A stretch of 64,000 bases of DNA. Origin: Patescibacteria group bacterium. Lineage in GTDB: Bacteria > Patescibacteriota > Minisyncoccia > Phycocordibacterales > Phycocordibacteraceae. The notes under the pieces were generated by a model. It made no database searches and had not been told where the DNA came from. It was given only the letters and a program-made list of their open reading frames with translations. The stretch covers positions 6,428 to 70,427 of the forward strand of contig JAZJYZ010000001.1 of assembly GCA_040390125.1 (NCBI GenBank). Direction: 5' to 3'. Shown here piece after piece: positions 19,915 to 29,654 of the stretch; the first letter of the stretch is position 1; every line of letters starts with the position of its first letter. The translations under genes were made by a program, and so were the position numbers.

Positions 19915-19921
19915 CAAAGCA

Positions 19922-20662
19922 TTAGGCTTTTCGGTATGTGCTCCATCTACGCTCCCCTTCCTTAATAAGGATACCTGACTGGACTAATGCCAAAAGTTCC
20001 CTTTGGACAGTTTTTTCACTACAACCCTCAACTAAAGATGTAATGTCTTTTATTGAAAATTTTCCATTATTTTTAAAAGCAGATAATACTAAGCCTCTTC
20101 TATCGGACTGTCTTTTTTCAGGACTATGCGCGATTGAAATCTTCTTATTAATTTCAATAGGACGTAAAGGACTTTTCATTGAATGTCCTATAGAAGAAAT
20201 GGCCGGTTTCTCAATTTCGGACAGAGACCCTTCTACACCGCTTGCTCTTTCTGAAATTTTTTCCTGATGATCCCTTACAAAAGACGCAAGAGATGCATAC
20301 TCGTCACAGATAAGTTTTGCGTTCATTGAAGACACAAGCCCACCTGCTTTAGCGGCCTCCAGTATGGTTCCAATTTCCATGCAACGTGCGCCAAAAGATT
20401 CGATGCCAGCACCATGAAGTTTATTCTGATCGGTAGAACGATTAAGGAGGTCCAAAGCACACACACGCAAGCGTCCACGTACCGGTTCATCGGCGGGTAT
20501 AAAGCCAGTTATGACGTATAGAGCCGAAGCTAGTCTTTCAGACTTTCTTACAACAAAAGCATGATGTCCGTTGGACAATAAGTGTCCTAAATGAAAAGAA
20601 GCGCTTATAGAAAGAGGATTACCGTTTGCCTGATTGCCAGTGTCTTTTATGCTATCGGACAT
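19922..20662 (-). CDS. Hypothetical protein with C-terminal winged-HTH DNA-binding domain
   Basis: C-terminal ~55 aa (FSIKDITSLVEGCSEKTVQRELLALVQSGILIKEGERRWSTY) is a canonical wHTH. The N-terminal 180 aa has no recognisable family. Confidence 0.45.
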   Translation of the reverse strand: MSDSIKDTGNQANGNPLSISASFHLGHLLSNGHHAFVVRKSERLASALYVITGFIPADEPVRGRLRVCALDLLNRSTDQNKLHGAGIESFGARCMEIGTILEAAKAGGLVSSMNAKLICDEYASLASFVRDHQEKISERASGVEGSLSEIEKPAISSIGHSMKSPLRPIEINKKISIAHSPEKRQSDRRGLVLSAFKNNGKFSIKDITSLVEGCSEKTVQRELLALVQSGILIKEGERRWSTYRKA

Positions 20663-21063
20663 ATTTAGAAACCAATTCTGTCTTTAATTTCAAGGCCATT
20701 TTACCTCTAAGACGTTGTCCTTTGCAAGCTCCCTGTTTGCCCGAGAGCGAAGCGATTGGCTGCAAAAGCGTCCCTGCGGACGTGACGGGGCGTCAGCAGT
20801 CCAGCGAAGCCGCCTCGGGTGAGTCGGGCACGACGAGGCAAAGAACCAAACTCGCAGGCCAAGTACCAAGACCCAAATTCTAAGAACCAAAAATAGAACG
20901 GGGCCTTGAGTGACCAAACTCCGAGTACCAAATCAAGAATTTAATACTAATTGAGAATTATCTGTTTCTTGGTGCTTGCTTCTTGATTCTTTGCATCCAT
21001 TTTTGGTACTTGGCATTTGGAATTTGGCACTTCTCGTTTCGAGTGGCGTGCTAAAATCCACCA

Positions 21064-23238
21064 ATGGCTAAGAAAAAAAGAGGCAAAGAAAATAAGAAAA
21101 AAACTGGCCTCGCTGTCCCCCCTCTCTCTCTTCATCTCAAACCGGAAACCACGAAGAGTATCTACGCAATTCTCTCAATGATTGCGGCAGCACTCTTTCT
21201 TCTTGGCCCCTTGGGACAAGGCGGACCTGCAGGAAGCTTCCTTTATGAGTCGCTCACGGCACTTTTTGGTTTTGGGTATTTCCTCATTCCAATTTCACTA
21301 GTGTTTTTGGGTATTGGGCTTTTCCGACAACGCGAACAATCAGGTTTGGGAGGGACCCGAGTCTTTGGTGCATCAATCCTGTTTATGTCTGGTATCGCCA
21401 TACTTTCACTCATCGACAACCACGGGGGGCTCGTAGGTCAGTGGATTGCGATGCCATTCACCTCTCTTTTTGATATTGCCCTTGCTTCGATCGTACTTGG
21501 TGGTATCGCTATCGTCGGAACACTGCTGGCTCTTGATACACCGCTTGGCATCCCTGCGTTTGCACTATCAGCATTTCGGCTACCCTGGACAGGAAAGAAA
21601 GCAGAAAATATCGCCGGAGAAGTGTTAGAAGAAAAAGAGATAGAACACATAGCAGAAGCAACGAATGTAGAGACACATCAAGAAGAAAAACCTACTCGAA
21701 AAGAAAAAGTACCTGAGAAGAAAATAGAAGCTGAACCCGAAGCAAATTTCGCATTTGCTCCTATTGGACAGGCATACAACCCCCCTCCTCTTTCACTGTT
21801 GGACCGTGATAAAGGAAAGCCAGATAACGGCGACATAAAAGCGAACGCTAACCTCATTAAGCGGACGCTCCAGAACTTCGGTATCACTGTAGAAATGGAC
21901 GAAGTGTCTATTGGTCCTACCGTTACACGGTACGCACTGAAGCCTGCGGAAGGGGTTCGTTTGCAAAAGATACTCTCACTCCAAAACAACCTCGAGTTAG
22001 CACTTGCGGCACATCCGGTACGCATCGAAGCACCCATCCCAGGAAAGTCACTGGTGGGCATCGAAGTGCCGAACACGAAAAAATCAACAGTGGGCTTGGG
22101 GTCACTTTTGAGTGACACAAAATTCGAAGGTGATAAACGTCCGCTCATGGTCGCTCTTGGTCGTGACATTGCGGGTGCATCACATTTTGCAAACATTGGT
22201 AAGATGCCACACCTCCTCATTGCAGGTGCAACGGGGGCTGGTAAGTCAGTATCGATTCATGCGCTCATCACTTCCCTACTCTACAGAAATGGTCCGGCAG
22301 CACTTCGCTTTATCATGATTGATCCTAAGCGTGTTGAACTTACGCTCTATAACCCAATCCCTCATCTTCTCACCCCAGTCATCACCGATCCTAAGAAAGC
22401 AATTCTCTCTTTGAAGTGGGCAGCGAAAGAAATGGAACGCCGTTACACGATACTCGAGACGCATGCAGTTCGAGATGTGCAGTCCTACCATGAGAACATC
22501 GCAGCAACGTGGGATGGCACCGGCGACCAGCCAGACCAGATGCCCTACATCCTCATTATTCTGGATGAACTTGCCGACATCATGCAAACGTACCCACGAG
22601 AACTTGAAGCTGCCATCGTACGTTTAGCCCAAATGAGTCGTGCTGTGGGCATTCACTTAATACTTTCGACCCAACGACCCTCAGTGAACGTCATTACCGG
22701 TCTCATCAAAGCAAACGTACCTGCACGCATTGCGCTCCAAGTTGCCTCTCAAATTGACTCACGCACTATTCTCGACGCCGCAGGCGCTGAAAAACTCCTC
22801 GGAGCCGGAGACATGCTCTTCCAATCTGCAGACATGTCCAAACCGCACCGCATCCAGACTGCATTCATTTCTGAGAACGAGGTGAAAACAGTCGTTGAGT
22901 ACATCAGAAAGCACAACGAGCCGTCGCTGGATTCCATTACCCTTTCGAGCAACATGCCGGAATCACCAAACGCCATCTTTTCAGCCTCTCTTGAGGATGA
23001 TGACGTTGACGATGATCTCTTTACGGAAGCAAAGCAAATAGTCGAAGAGGCAGGCAAAGCCTCGACGTCATACTTGCAAAGAAAGCTTCGCATCGGCTAT
23101 GCACGTGCCGCTAGGCTCATGGATATACTCGAAGAGAAAGGTATCATTGGTGCCGCAGATGGTGCCAGACCCCGCGATGTTTTAACGACGTCTGAAGGGG
23201 AAACAACCATGACAGAAGAAAATAATGGAACCACGTAA
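21064..23238 (+). CDS. ftsK: DNA translocase FtsK/SpoIIIE
   Basis: N-terminal 4-5 TM helices, Walker A GATGAGKS, Walker B ILIILDELAD, C-terminal gamma domain (winged helix: YLQRKLRIGYARAARLMDILEEKGIIG). Confidence 0.92.
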   Translation: MAKKKRGKENKKKTGLAVPPLSLHLKPETTKSIYAILSMIAAALFLLGPLGQGGPAGSFLYESLTALFGFGYFLIPISLVFLGIGLFRQREQSGLGGTRVFGASILFMSGIAILSLIDNHGGLVGQWIAMPFTSLFDIALASIVLGGIAIVGTLLALDTPLGIPAFALSAFRLPWTGKKAENIAGEVLEEKEIEHIAEATNVETHQEEKPTRKEKVPEKKIEAEPEANFAFAPIGQAYNPPPLSLLDRDKGKPDNGDIKANANLIKRTLQNFGITVEMDEVSIGPTVTRYALKPAEGVRLQKILSLQNNLELALAAHPVRIEAPIPGKSLVGIEVPNTKKSTVGLGSLLSDTKFEGDKRPLMVALGRDIAGASHFANIGKMPHLLIAGATGAGKSVSIHALITSLLYRNGPAALRFIMIDPKRVELTLYNPIPHLLTPVITDPKKAILSLKWAAKEMERRYTILETHAVRDVQSYHENIAATWDGTGDQPDQMPYILIILDELADIMQTYPRELEAAIVRLAQMSRAVGIHLILSTQRPSVNVITGLIKANVPARIALQVASQIDSRTILDAAGAEKLLGAGDMLFQSADMSKPHRIQTAFISENEVKTVVEYIRKHNEPSLDSITLSSNMPESPNAIFSASLEDDDVDDDLFTEAKQIVEEAGKASTSYLQRKLRIGYARAARLMDILEEKGIIGAADGARPRDVLTTSEGETTMTEENNGTT

Positions 23239-23578
23239 CGTAATTTCATTCACTCCCGGGAGAACCGCCGTTTTCTTTGGGGCGCTCGCATTACTATTTA
23301 TCTTGGGCTACAGCATCTATGCGGCACTTCCCCTATTAGCAGGGCCTTCGCTTTCCGTAATCGCTACCCCACAAAATCGCATAACTGCGATCAGTGGAAT
23401 GACGAAGAGGGTGGCATTTTTGGAAATGAACGGCGCCCCAGTCTCGATACAAGAGGATGGAAGTTTTTTAATAGAACGTGCATTTCCTCCAGGGTATACT
23501 GCCATCACCGTCCGTGCCCGAGACCGTTTCGGAAAACGCATTACAAAAAATATATCTCTAGTGACCACCGCTCAGTAA
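23225..23578 (+). CDS. Small hypothetical membrane protein
   Basis: 117 aa, one N-terminal TM helix. Overlaps the ftsK stop. No family recognised. Confidence 0.35.
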   Translation: MEPRNVISFTPGRTAVFFGALALLFILGYSIYAALPLLAGPSLSVIATPQNRITAISGMTKRVAFLEMNGAPVSIQEDGSFLIERAFPPGYTAITVRARDRFGKRITKNISLVTTAQ

Positions 23579-23606
23579 TAGATAATTAAAAATTTAATTC
23601 GTTTAT

Positions 23607-24665
23607 ATGGCAATAAAAAAGAAAGCAGAAAAAATACCTAAAGCCCCGGTAACCTCAGCACAAACTGGGGGACAACCAGTGTCCGAAAGAAAAGCCGCAA
23701 TAAATGAAGCGATCGCAAGCATCAAGACAAAATTTGGCGATGAGTCTATTACTACACTCGGAGCAAGACCAAAAGTGGGCATTGACGCTATTCCAACCGG
23801 CTCCATAGGTCTTGATTGGGCACTCGGTATTGGCGGAGTCCCCCGAGGACGCATCATAGAAATTTTTGGACCTGAGTCGTCAGGCAAAACAACTCTCTCG
23901 TTGCATATTATTGCGGAAGCTCAAAAGAAAGGAGGTATCTGTGCATTTATTGATGCTGAACATGCCCTTGACCCTGATTACGCAAAAGTACTTGGTGTAA
24001 AAACAGATGACTTACTCGTATCGCAACCTGACACTGGAGAGCAATCACTTGAAATTACCGAGAGCTTGGTACGCTCAGGAAAAATTGATGTTGTAGTTGT
24101 CGATTCCGTCGCCGCATTAACTCCTAAAGACGAAATCGAAGGAGAAATGGGTCAACAACACATGGGCAAGCAGGCCAGACTCATGTCGCAGGCACTCCGC
24201 AAATTGACTGCAATCGTCGCAAAATCAAAAACGACCGTTATCTTTATAAACCAGATACGCATGCAAATTGGTGTTATGTTCGGTAACCCTGAAACCACAC
24301 CAGGAGGAAAAGCATTAAAATTTTATACGTCAGTACGTCTTGATATACGCCGTATTGCACAGATTAAAAAAGGAGAAGAGATTGTAGGGGGTCGTGTGCG
24401 TGTGAAAGTGGTGAAAAACAAAATTGCCGCACCATTCAAAGTCACAGAGTTTGACCTCATGTACAACGAAGGCATCTCCCGTGAAGGAGAACTTATCGCT
24501 TTGGGTGAGAAGTTTGGTTTGGTTACAAAATCAGGTGCATCGTACAAGTACGGCGAGGAGTCCTTGGGGCGTGGCTACGACGCAACACGCACGTTCCTAA
24601 AAGAAAACCCTAAAATAGCAGGAGAAATTCTCAAGGGTATTCGAGCGAAATTTCTAGAGGCGTAA
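23607..24665 (+). CDS. recA: Recombinase RecA
   Basis: Walker [20 protein letters not shown]2 loop region and overall RecA collinearity. 352 aa. Confidence 0.95.
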   Translation: MAIKKKAEKIPKAPVTSAQTGGQPVSERKAAINEAIASIKTKFGDESITTLGARPKVGIDAIPTGSIGLDWALGIGGVPRGRIIEIFGPESSGKTTLSLHIIAEAQKKGGICAFIDAEHALDPDYAKVLGVKTDDLLVSQPDTGEQSLEITESLVRSGKIDVVVVDSVAALTPKDEIEGEMGQQHMGKQARLMSQALRKLTAIVAKSKTTVIFINQIRMQIGVMFGNPETTPGGKALKFYTSVRLDIRRIAQIKKGEEIVGGRVRVKVVKNKIAAPFKVTEFDLMYNEGISREGELIALGEKFGLVTKSGASYKYGEESLGRGYDATRTFLKENPKIAGEILKGIRAKFLEA

Positions 24666-24903
24666 CATTACGCCTCTGGCTTACTTGCTTGAGAGACTAT
24701 CAAACCAGTTCCAATCCCAAGGTTCTTTTTTGAAAAGTTTGTGTTTGAGAGACCAGGCAAGCCCCCAATGAACCATGCACAAGTTTCTTCCTTCAATTAG
24801 CATAGTTGGGAAAGACCCACAATAAAAACAACCCTCCATCCCCTTTTCGTCCTCCGGGCTTAAGAAACAAAAAAACATCCATGGCACTCTGCCATGGAAT
24901 GCT

Positions 24904-25224
24904 CTACATTGAAAGCTGAGCGTGAGGACGTCCAAGGAGATCACGCACAGTCCAAAGTGCAAGCGCAAAGGCGATAATTACAAAAATCTGCACGGCAAGA
25001 GTGGTATTTGCTACAGCAACTACCCAAAAATTTAAAAAGCCCGGAACACTACTAATATTGAGTGCGTTTTCTACAACGTGAGGCAATGACACCGAGGAGG
25101 CAATTGCAAAAAATGCGGTTGCAAGTGCTACAAAGCGCACCATTGGACTCGTGAGCTGGCGCATAACGTAGACGCCATACACACGGCGCATAATTCTCTT
25201 TCTCAATTCTTGATCTCTATCCAT
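24904..25224 (-). CDS. Putative membrane anti-sigma factor (small, 2 TM)
   Basis: 106 aa with a basic N-terminus and two TM helices. Encoded immediately downstream of an ECF sigma factor on the same strand; function inferred from context only. Confidence 0.35.
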   Translation of the reverse strand: MDRDQELRKRIMRRVYGVYVMRQLTSPMVRFVALATAFFAIASSVSLPHVVENALNISSVPGFLNFWVVAVANTTLAVQIFVIIAFALALWTVRDLLGRPHAQLSM

Positions 25225-25241
25225 ATAAAAATAGTTATTAA

Positions 25242-25904
25242 TTATTCGGCCGAACCTATAATATCTCGTAATACTGCCTTTGCACGATGCACTCGGGTCT
25301 TTACCGCAGGAACGCTCGTGCCCAGCTTCTCCGCTATCTCTGCATACGGTAAACCATCAATAAAGGCGAGCTGGAGAATCTCAGCAACAGGCCCTGGAGC
25401 CTGCGCGAGTCCCTTTTCTATAACTTCACGTGCATAGGCTTGGTGACCTTCTTTGCTTTCAATTGATAGATCGGCGAGGGATTCATAATGCTCGGCCGTG
25501 AGCTCCGCAAAGCTCTCCCTACCACGCACACCCTTCCGGTAGTGGGTGCGTGCAACATTCATGAGGATGGTCAAAGACCATGCACGGAAACTTCCTGACT
25601 CTCCTTTGAAGCGAGGTGCGAAGCGGTACACTCGGATAAATGCCTCCTGAACCACATCCTCCGCAGCGTCCCGACTTCCAACAATTCCCTGAACCCGACT
25701 CAAAAATTGGGACTGGTACCTTGCAACGAGGACCTCAAAGGCACTTGGGTTAGACAAAGAGCGTGCCAGAAGCATCTCGTCGGACATACTCATGAGCTCA
25801 TCCATACTGCCTATACTAAACCCTACGAGAGCAGTTTGAGCAATAGCCGTGGCTTTTGGTATAGTACTCATGTGAGACGCTTCGGCGCCTTTATTAATAC
25901 CCAT
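25242..25904 (-). CDS. RNA polymerase sigma factor, ECF (sigma-70 family group 4)
   Basis: Region 2 (DVVQEAFIRVYRF) and region 4 HTH (LPYAEIAEKLGTSVPAVKTRVHRAKAVLR). Confidence 0.8.
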   Translation of the reverse strand: MGINKGAEASHMSTIPKATAIAQTALVGFSIGSMDELMSMSDEMLLARSLSNPSAFEVLVARYQSQFLSRVQGIVGSRDAAEDVVQEAFIRVYRFAPRFKGESGSFRAWSLTILMNVARTHYRKGVRGRESFAELTAEHYESLADLSIESKEGHQAYAREVIEKGLAQAPGPVAEILQLAFIDGLPYAEIAEKLGTSVPAVKTRVHRAKAVLRDIIGSAE

Positions 25905-25993
25905 TTAGCAGGTTTTAGGTAACAGGTGATAGGTTATAGAAACTTCAGCCTTTCCACTATCCCCTACAACCTATCCGCTATAACCTAACTCCA

Positions 25994-26569
25994 ATGTCCG
26001 TACTTTCATACAACGAAATAATTCCTAAGAAAATAATTGTCCATGAGGGACAGCCGTTCGAAGTGCTCTCTTCGCATGTATTTCGTAAACAACAAAGAAA
26101 GCCGGTGAATCAAACGAAGCTCCGGAACCTCAAGACTGGGAAGGTGCTCGAAATATCATTTCATCAGGCAGAAACCGTGCTGGAAGCGGACATGGAAAAA
26201 CGTTCGGCAAAATTCATCTATAAGAATCGGGGCGAAGCCTGGTTTACCGACCCAGAAAATCCAAAAGATCGCTTCGTGGTGAGTGAAGACATCCTCGGAG
26301 AAAACGGGCAGTATTTGAAGCCCGACCTCATTGTGGAACTCCTGGTATGGAATGAGGAAATAATTGGCGCACGACTGCCAATAAAAATGGAATTTAAGGT
26401 GACTGACGCTCCCCCATCAGTTAAAGGAAATACTGCACAAGGTGGTACAAAACTTGTCACACTCGAAGGCGGTGCAACAGTAAACGTACCGATGTTCATC
26501 AACGAAGGCGACATCGTGAGAATAAATACTGAGACTGGAGAATACAACGAAAGAGTGGAGAAGGCGTGA
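25994..26569 (+). CDS. efp: Elongation factor P
   Basis: 191 aa. Three-domain EF-P collinearity (N-terminal KOW-like region with the conserved K/R loop; OB domains). Confidence 0.85.
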   Translation: MSVLSYNEIIPKKIIVHEGQPFEVLSSHVFRKQQRKPVNQTKLRNLKTGKVLEISFHQAETVLEADMEKRSAKFIYKNRGEAWFTDPENPKDRFVVSEDILGENGQYLKPDLIVELLVWNEEIIGARLPIKMEFKVTDAPPSVKGNTAQGGTKLVTLEGGATVNVPMFINEGDIVRINTETGEYNERVEKA

Positions 26570-26611
26570 AGCTAGCTTTCAGGTGCCAGCTTCCAGCTTT
26601 TAAGATTGAAA

Positions 26612-26773
26612 TCAAAGATTTTCTGCTGCGGTGCGAGTTTGTACGAGCAGTTCAAGAAATTGAGAAGGAATAACCTTCACACCTTCTCTAATGCGTTCGG
26701 AAACAAATGTCCTCATCTGGGCATGAAGTTTTTGCTCTTTGGTTGGTTTAAAATTTTCAATAACTCTGGTCAT
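26612..26773 (-). CDS. Possible small ORF (53 aa) downstream of rpsR
   Basis: ATG at 26773 is preceded by AGGTG 7 nt upstream. Product is MTRVIENFKPTKEQKLHAQMRTFVSERIREGVKVIPSQFLELLVQTRTAAENL. Below the ORF-track length cut-off; unverified. Confidence 0.25.
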   Translation of the reverse strand: MTRVIENFKPTKEQKLHAQMRTFVSERIREGVKVIPSQFLELLVQTRTAAENL

Positions 26774-26956
26774 GAGGAACACCTAAAATTCTATTTAATA
26801 CATTTAATCTAAACCCGAGATCGGGAACATGCTGATCGCTCCCTGAATCGCCATTGGCTGTCTGTTGCACAAGAGCCTTCTCAGCAAGAAACATGTCACG
26901 AGCTACTTTTTCTGGTGTCTGACCATGAAATGCTTCAGCTACCATTTCGTGTTGGT

Positions 26957-27139
26957 TTATCTTGCGATATACGGCAAAAGCCCCATGAAGCGAGCGTGCT
27001 TGATAGCTTTTTGAATTTTGCGCTGATGACTTGCAGGCATGCTGGTTCGGCGAGCACCTTGAATGCGGGCATGCGGTGTCATAAACCCTTTAAGATACTG
27101 GGTATTTTTGTAATCAACGTATATTGGAAGTGAACTCAT
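26957..27139 (-). CDS. rpsR: 30S ribosomal protein S18
   Basis: S18 signature YKNTQYLKGFMT..RIQGARRTSM..QRKIQKAIKHARFMGLLPY. Confidence 0.88.
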   Translation of the reverse strand: MSSLPIYVDYKNTQYLKGFMTPHARIQGARRTSMPASHQRKIQKAIKHARFMGLLPYIAR

Positions 27140-27161
27140 ATTTTTTATTATTTTTTGTTTA

Positions 27162-27196
27162 AAGCTGGAAGCTGACAGCTGGCACCTGAAAGCTAG
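27162..27196. repeat. AGCT-heptamer repeats inside the ssb-rpsR intercistronic spacer
   Basis: AGCTGGAAGCTGACAGCTGGCACCTGAAAGCTAG. The core AGCTTTCAGGTGCCAGCT also occurs at 26571..26601 and 28330..28364 in either orientation. Confidence 0.9.
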
Positions 27197-27199
27197 TAA

Positions 27200-27652
27200 T
27201 TAAAAAGGTATATCATCCGGGCTTATTTCTTCGGCAGGATACTCGATATCAGAGCCTTTGTCACCTGTATCCTTCCCTGGGCGCATTGGAGCTCCATCTC
27301 CTTTAGCCTCGCTCGTACTACCCCCTCCAGTCTTTGAGCCGAACTGCACACGCTCTGCAACAATTTCAGTACGGTACTGCTTTGCACCATCCTTCTCCCA
27401 CGAACGGGTCTGAAGCCTGCCTTCAACTAAAACTTGCTGACCTTTTTTCAAGTACTGTGCGCAGGTTTCTGCCTGACGACCAAAAACGACAATGTTATGA
27501 AACTCTGTGGCTTCTTTCTTCTCACCATTCTGGTCCTTCCATGTGCGGTTTGTTGCAACACCAAAAGAAGAAACATTAGCTCCTGATGGAAGGGCTTTAA
27601 GTTCCGGATCACGAGTCAAATTTCCTGCGATGAATACTTTGTTTAGATACAT
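27200..27652 (-). CDS. ssb: Single-stranded DNA-binding protein
   Basis: OB-fold N-terminus (NKVFIAGNLTRDPEL..), Gly-rich linker, acidic C-terminal tail ending DDIPF. Confidence 0.92.
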   Translation of the reverse strand: MYLNKVFIAGNLTRDPELKALPSGANVSSFGVATNRTWKDQNGEKKEATEFHNIVVFGRQAETCAQYLKKGQQVLVEGRLQTRSWEKDGAKQYRTEIVAERVQFGSKTGGGSTSEAKGDGAPMRPGKDTGDKGSDIEYPAEEISPDDIPF

Positions 27653-27654
27653 GT

Positions 27655-27752
27655 GATTAGAAGGTTGAAGGTTGAGAGTGGAGGGTAGTAAACAACTGAA
27701 TGATTGATTGATTTTCCATTATCTACATTCTACCCTCTACTTTCTACTCACT
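27655..27752. repeat. GA-rich/CT-rich arm hairpin element (GAGAGTGGAGGGTAG family) in rpsF-ssb spacer
   Basis: GAAGGTTGAAGGTTGAGAGTGGAGGGTAGTAAAC...CCATTATCTACATTCTACCCTCTACTTTCTACTC. Family members at 7478..7556, 9938..10022, 35499..35600, 49292..49378 and 50895..50925. Confidence 0.7.
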
Positions 27753-28283
27753 AACTTTAGCGTCTTCAGTTGCAATGGTTTTTAGTGCTTCATCGAGGGC
27801 TACTTCGGACATTTCTCCACCTACCTCAACTTCTCGCTTCGGCTTATCAATTGAGCCAGTTGGGCCAACGACTGCGCCACTGAGTGCCGCCGCTACTGCA
27901 TCCCTTTCGGTGACTACAATGAGTGAACGAAGGACTGAGACGTTAGCATCAAGAGCAGTTTTCAAGCGAGCAATTGCATCCCGGGGAGCCTCAAACGCCA
28001 CCCATCCAAAATATGCACCATCAAAATTCGTTAATTTACCATTTACTCGCTTTGCGATGGTGTAAGCGAGGGCAATCTTTGAGGGAAACCTGTCCCCAAC
28101 AAAAGTGACATTTTCAGCCTTCAGAGTGTCCATTATTCCCTGTACTGCCACGGTGACTTCCTCTTCAGAGAGCGTCGGGAGTAAGTGATAGCCTATTTCG
28201 TAGACATTCGTACGAACGTCACTAGCGTCATCGACAAGAGTCGAGACACCTTCCAAATCCTCTTCCAATATCTTTGTTTCCAT
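27744..28283 (-). CDS. rpsF: 30S ribosomal protein S6 (with extended C-terminal tail)
   Basis: YEIGYHLLPTLSEEE..LAYTIAK..VLRSLIVV matches the S6 fold pattern. Gene order rpsF-ssb-rpsR is canonical. Confidence 0.78.
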   Translation of the reverse strand: METKILEEDLEGVSTLVDDASDVRTNVYEIGYHLLPTLSEEEVTVAVQGIMDTLKAENVTFVGDRFPSKIALAYTIAKRVNGKLTNFDGAYFGWVAFEAPRDAIARLKTALDANVSVLRSLIVVTERDAVAAALSGAVVGPTGSIDKPKREVEVGGEMSEVALDEALKTIATEDAKVSE

Positions 28284-28356
28284 TGTCCGAAGAGCGTACC
28301 ATGGCTCGCCCGTTGAGGCAACGGGCGACTAGCTTTCAGCTTTCAGGTGCCAGCTT

Positions 28357-29166
28357 TCAGCTTTTGAGACCAAACATCCGGAGGGCGTTTTGGACGGTAG
28401 CTTCTCGAGCGACCTCATCTGAAACGCTGCGAATTGAAGCGATAGCCCCGACTATGTACTTCACGTATGAGGGTTCGTTCCTCCTCCCCCTAAAAGGGTT
28501 TGGAGTAGCGTACGGAGCATCAGTTTCAGTCATTAACATCTCAAGTGGTGCAAATTTCACTACATCATCGTATTCACGGGCAAAAGTGAGCACGCCAGTG
28601 AATGATGTTGTGAAGCCAATGGTGTAAAACCGCCTTGCGATATCAACGGTTCCAACAAAAAAATGGATATTGCCTCGAAGCTTTTCACCCACTTCTCTTT
28701 TCTTTGATTCCAGCATTACAAGCATATCGAGGTATGTGTCGACAGTACCTCGAGAAGGCCTACCGTGAATCATTAATGGTTTGTCGTATTTAATTGCAAA
28801 ATCGACGTGTTTCTCAAACTCCCGCATCTGGCGTTTTTTCCCAGCCTCTCCGTCTTTGAGATGGAAATAATCTAGTCCGCACTCCCCTATTCCCACGACT
28901 TTCGGATTCAGAGTAAGTGATTTGTATTCGCTCTCTGAAAAAGTCTCGTTCTCTGTATCATTGGGATGCAAACCAACTGTCGCAAAAAAACCCTCCTTCC
29001 CTTCTCCAAAATTCACTGCCTCTTCTGAGGTTGCTTTATTTACCCCGACCGTGATAGTCCAAACACTGTCATCACGCATCCGTTGCAAAACTTCCTCAAG
29101 GTCTTGATCGTATTCCTTGAACGTAACGTGAGAATGAATATCGAAATAGCGTGGCACACCATGCAT
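28357..29166 (-). CDS. tatD: TatD family metal-dependent hydrolase (DNase)
   Basis: N-terminal FDIHSH motif, and GECGLDYF, IHGR, TDAPY motifs of the TatD/TIM-barrel family. Start taken at the internal ATG 29166. Confidence 0.85.
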   Translation of the reverse strand: MHGVPRYFDIHSHVTFKEYDQDLEEVLQRMRDDSVWTITVGVNKATSEEAVNFGEGKEGFFATVGLHPNDTENETFSESEYKSLTLNPKVVGIGECGLDYFHLKDGEAGKKRQMREFEKHVDFAIKYDKPLMIHGRPSRGTVDTYLDMLVMLESKKREVGEKLRGNIHFFVGTVDIARRFYTIGFTTSFTGVLTFAREYDDVVKFAPLEMLMTETDAPYATPNPFRGRRNEPSYVKYIVGAIASIRSVSDEVAREATVQNALRMFGLKS

Positions 29167-29204
29167 TATAGACACTCTCGAGATTTTTGATATAACAAAC
29201 CGAC

Positions 29205-29654
29205 ATGGCAGGAGAAAAAGCACCCATTACATGCGATAACTGCACGAGCGCTTGTTGCCGAGCCGGTACAAGGCTCGCTCTTACGGACAGTGACGCACGT
29301 TTCTTGAAAGCCGGCGGAACAGCTCTTGGTATTAAAATGCACCCTAAGCAGATCGGAAAAATGGTCGCACAAGGAGAACCTAGAAAACCCGCATCGGAGT
29401 TTACAAGAAAAGACGCAAAGAAAACACGTCGTTATCGTTTAGCACAATGGCTGAAGGATAGGGATCCGAGCTGGAGTACTGGTCAATTCACTCTTAAGAG
29501 CGATTGTGGTTATTTACAAACAGGAAAGGACGGGGTGACATTTTGCGGGGTATATGAAGACCCCCGGAGACCGGCTACCTGTAGAAAATTTAAAGCCGGA
29601 AGCCATCACTGCCGACAAATCAGGGTTGATGCAGGAGTGGATGAGGAGTACTAA
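29205..29654 (+). CDS. YkgJ-family (CxxCxxCC) zinc/iron-chelating domain protein
   Basis: N-terminal CDNCTSACC matches the UPF0153 CxxCxxCC signature, with additional Cys downstream. Confidence 0.6.
   Translation: MAGEKAPITCDNCTSACCRAGTRLALTDSDARFLKAGGTALGIKMHPKQIGKMVAQGEPRKPASEFTRKDAKKTRRYRLAQWLKDRDPSWSTGQFTLKSDCGYLQTGKDGVTFCGVYEDPRRPATCRKFKAGSHHCRQIRVDAGVDEEY

Noticed and set aside
27775-28065. Plus-strand ORF 27775..28065 (96 aa)
   Set aside because: Antisense to rpsF with Ser/Thr/Ala-rich low-complexity translation. Shadow ORF.
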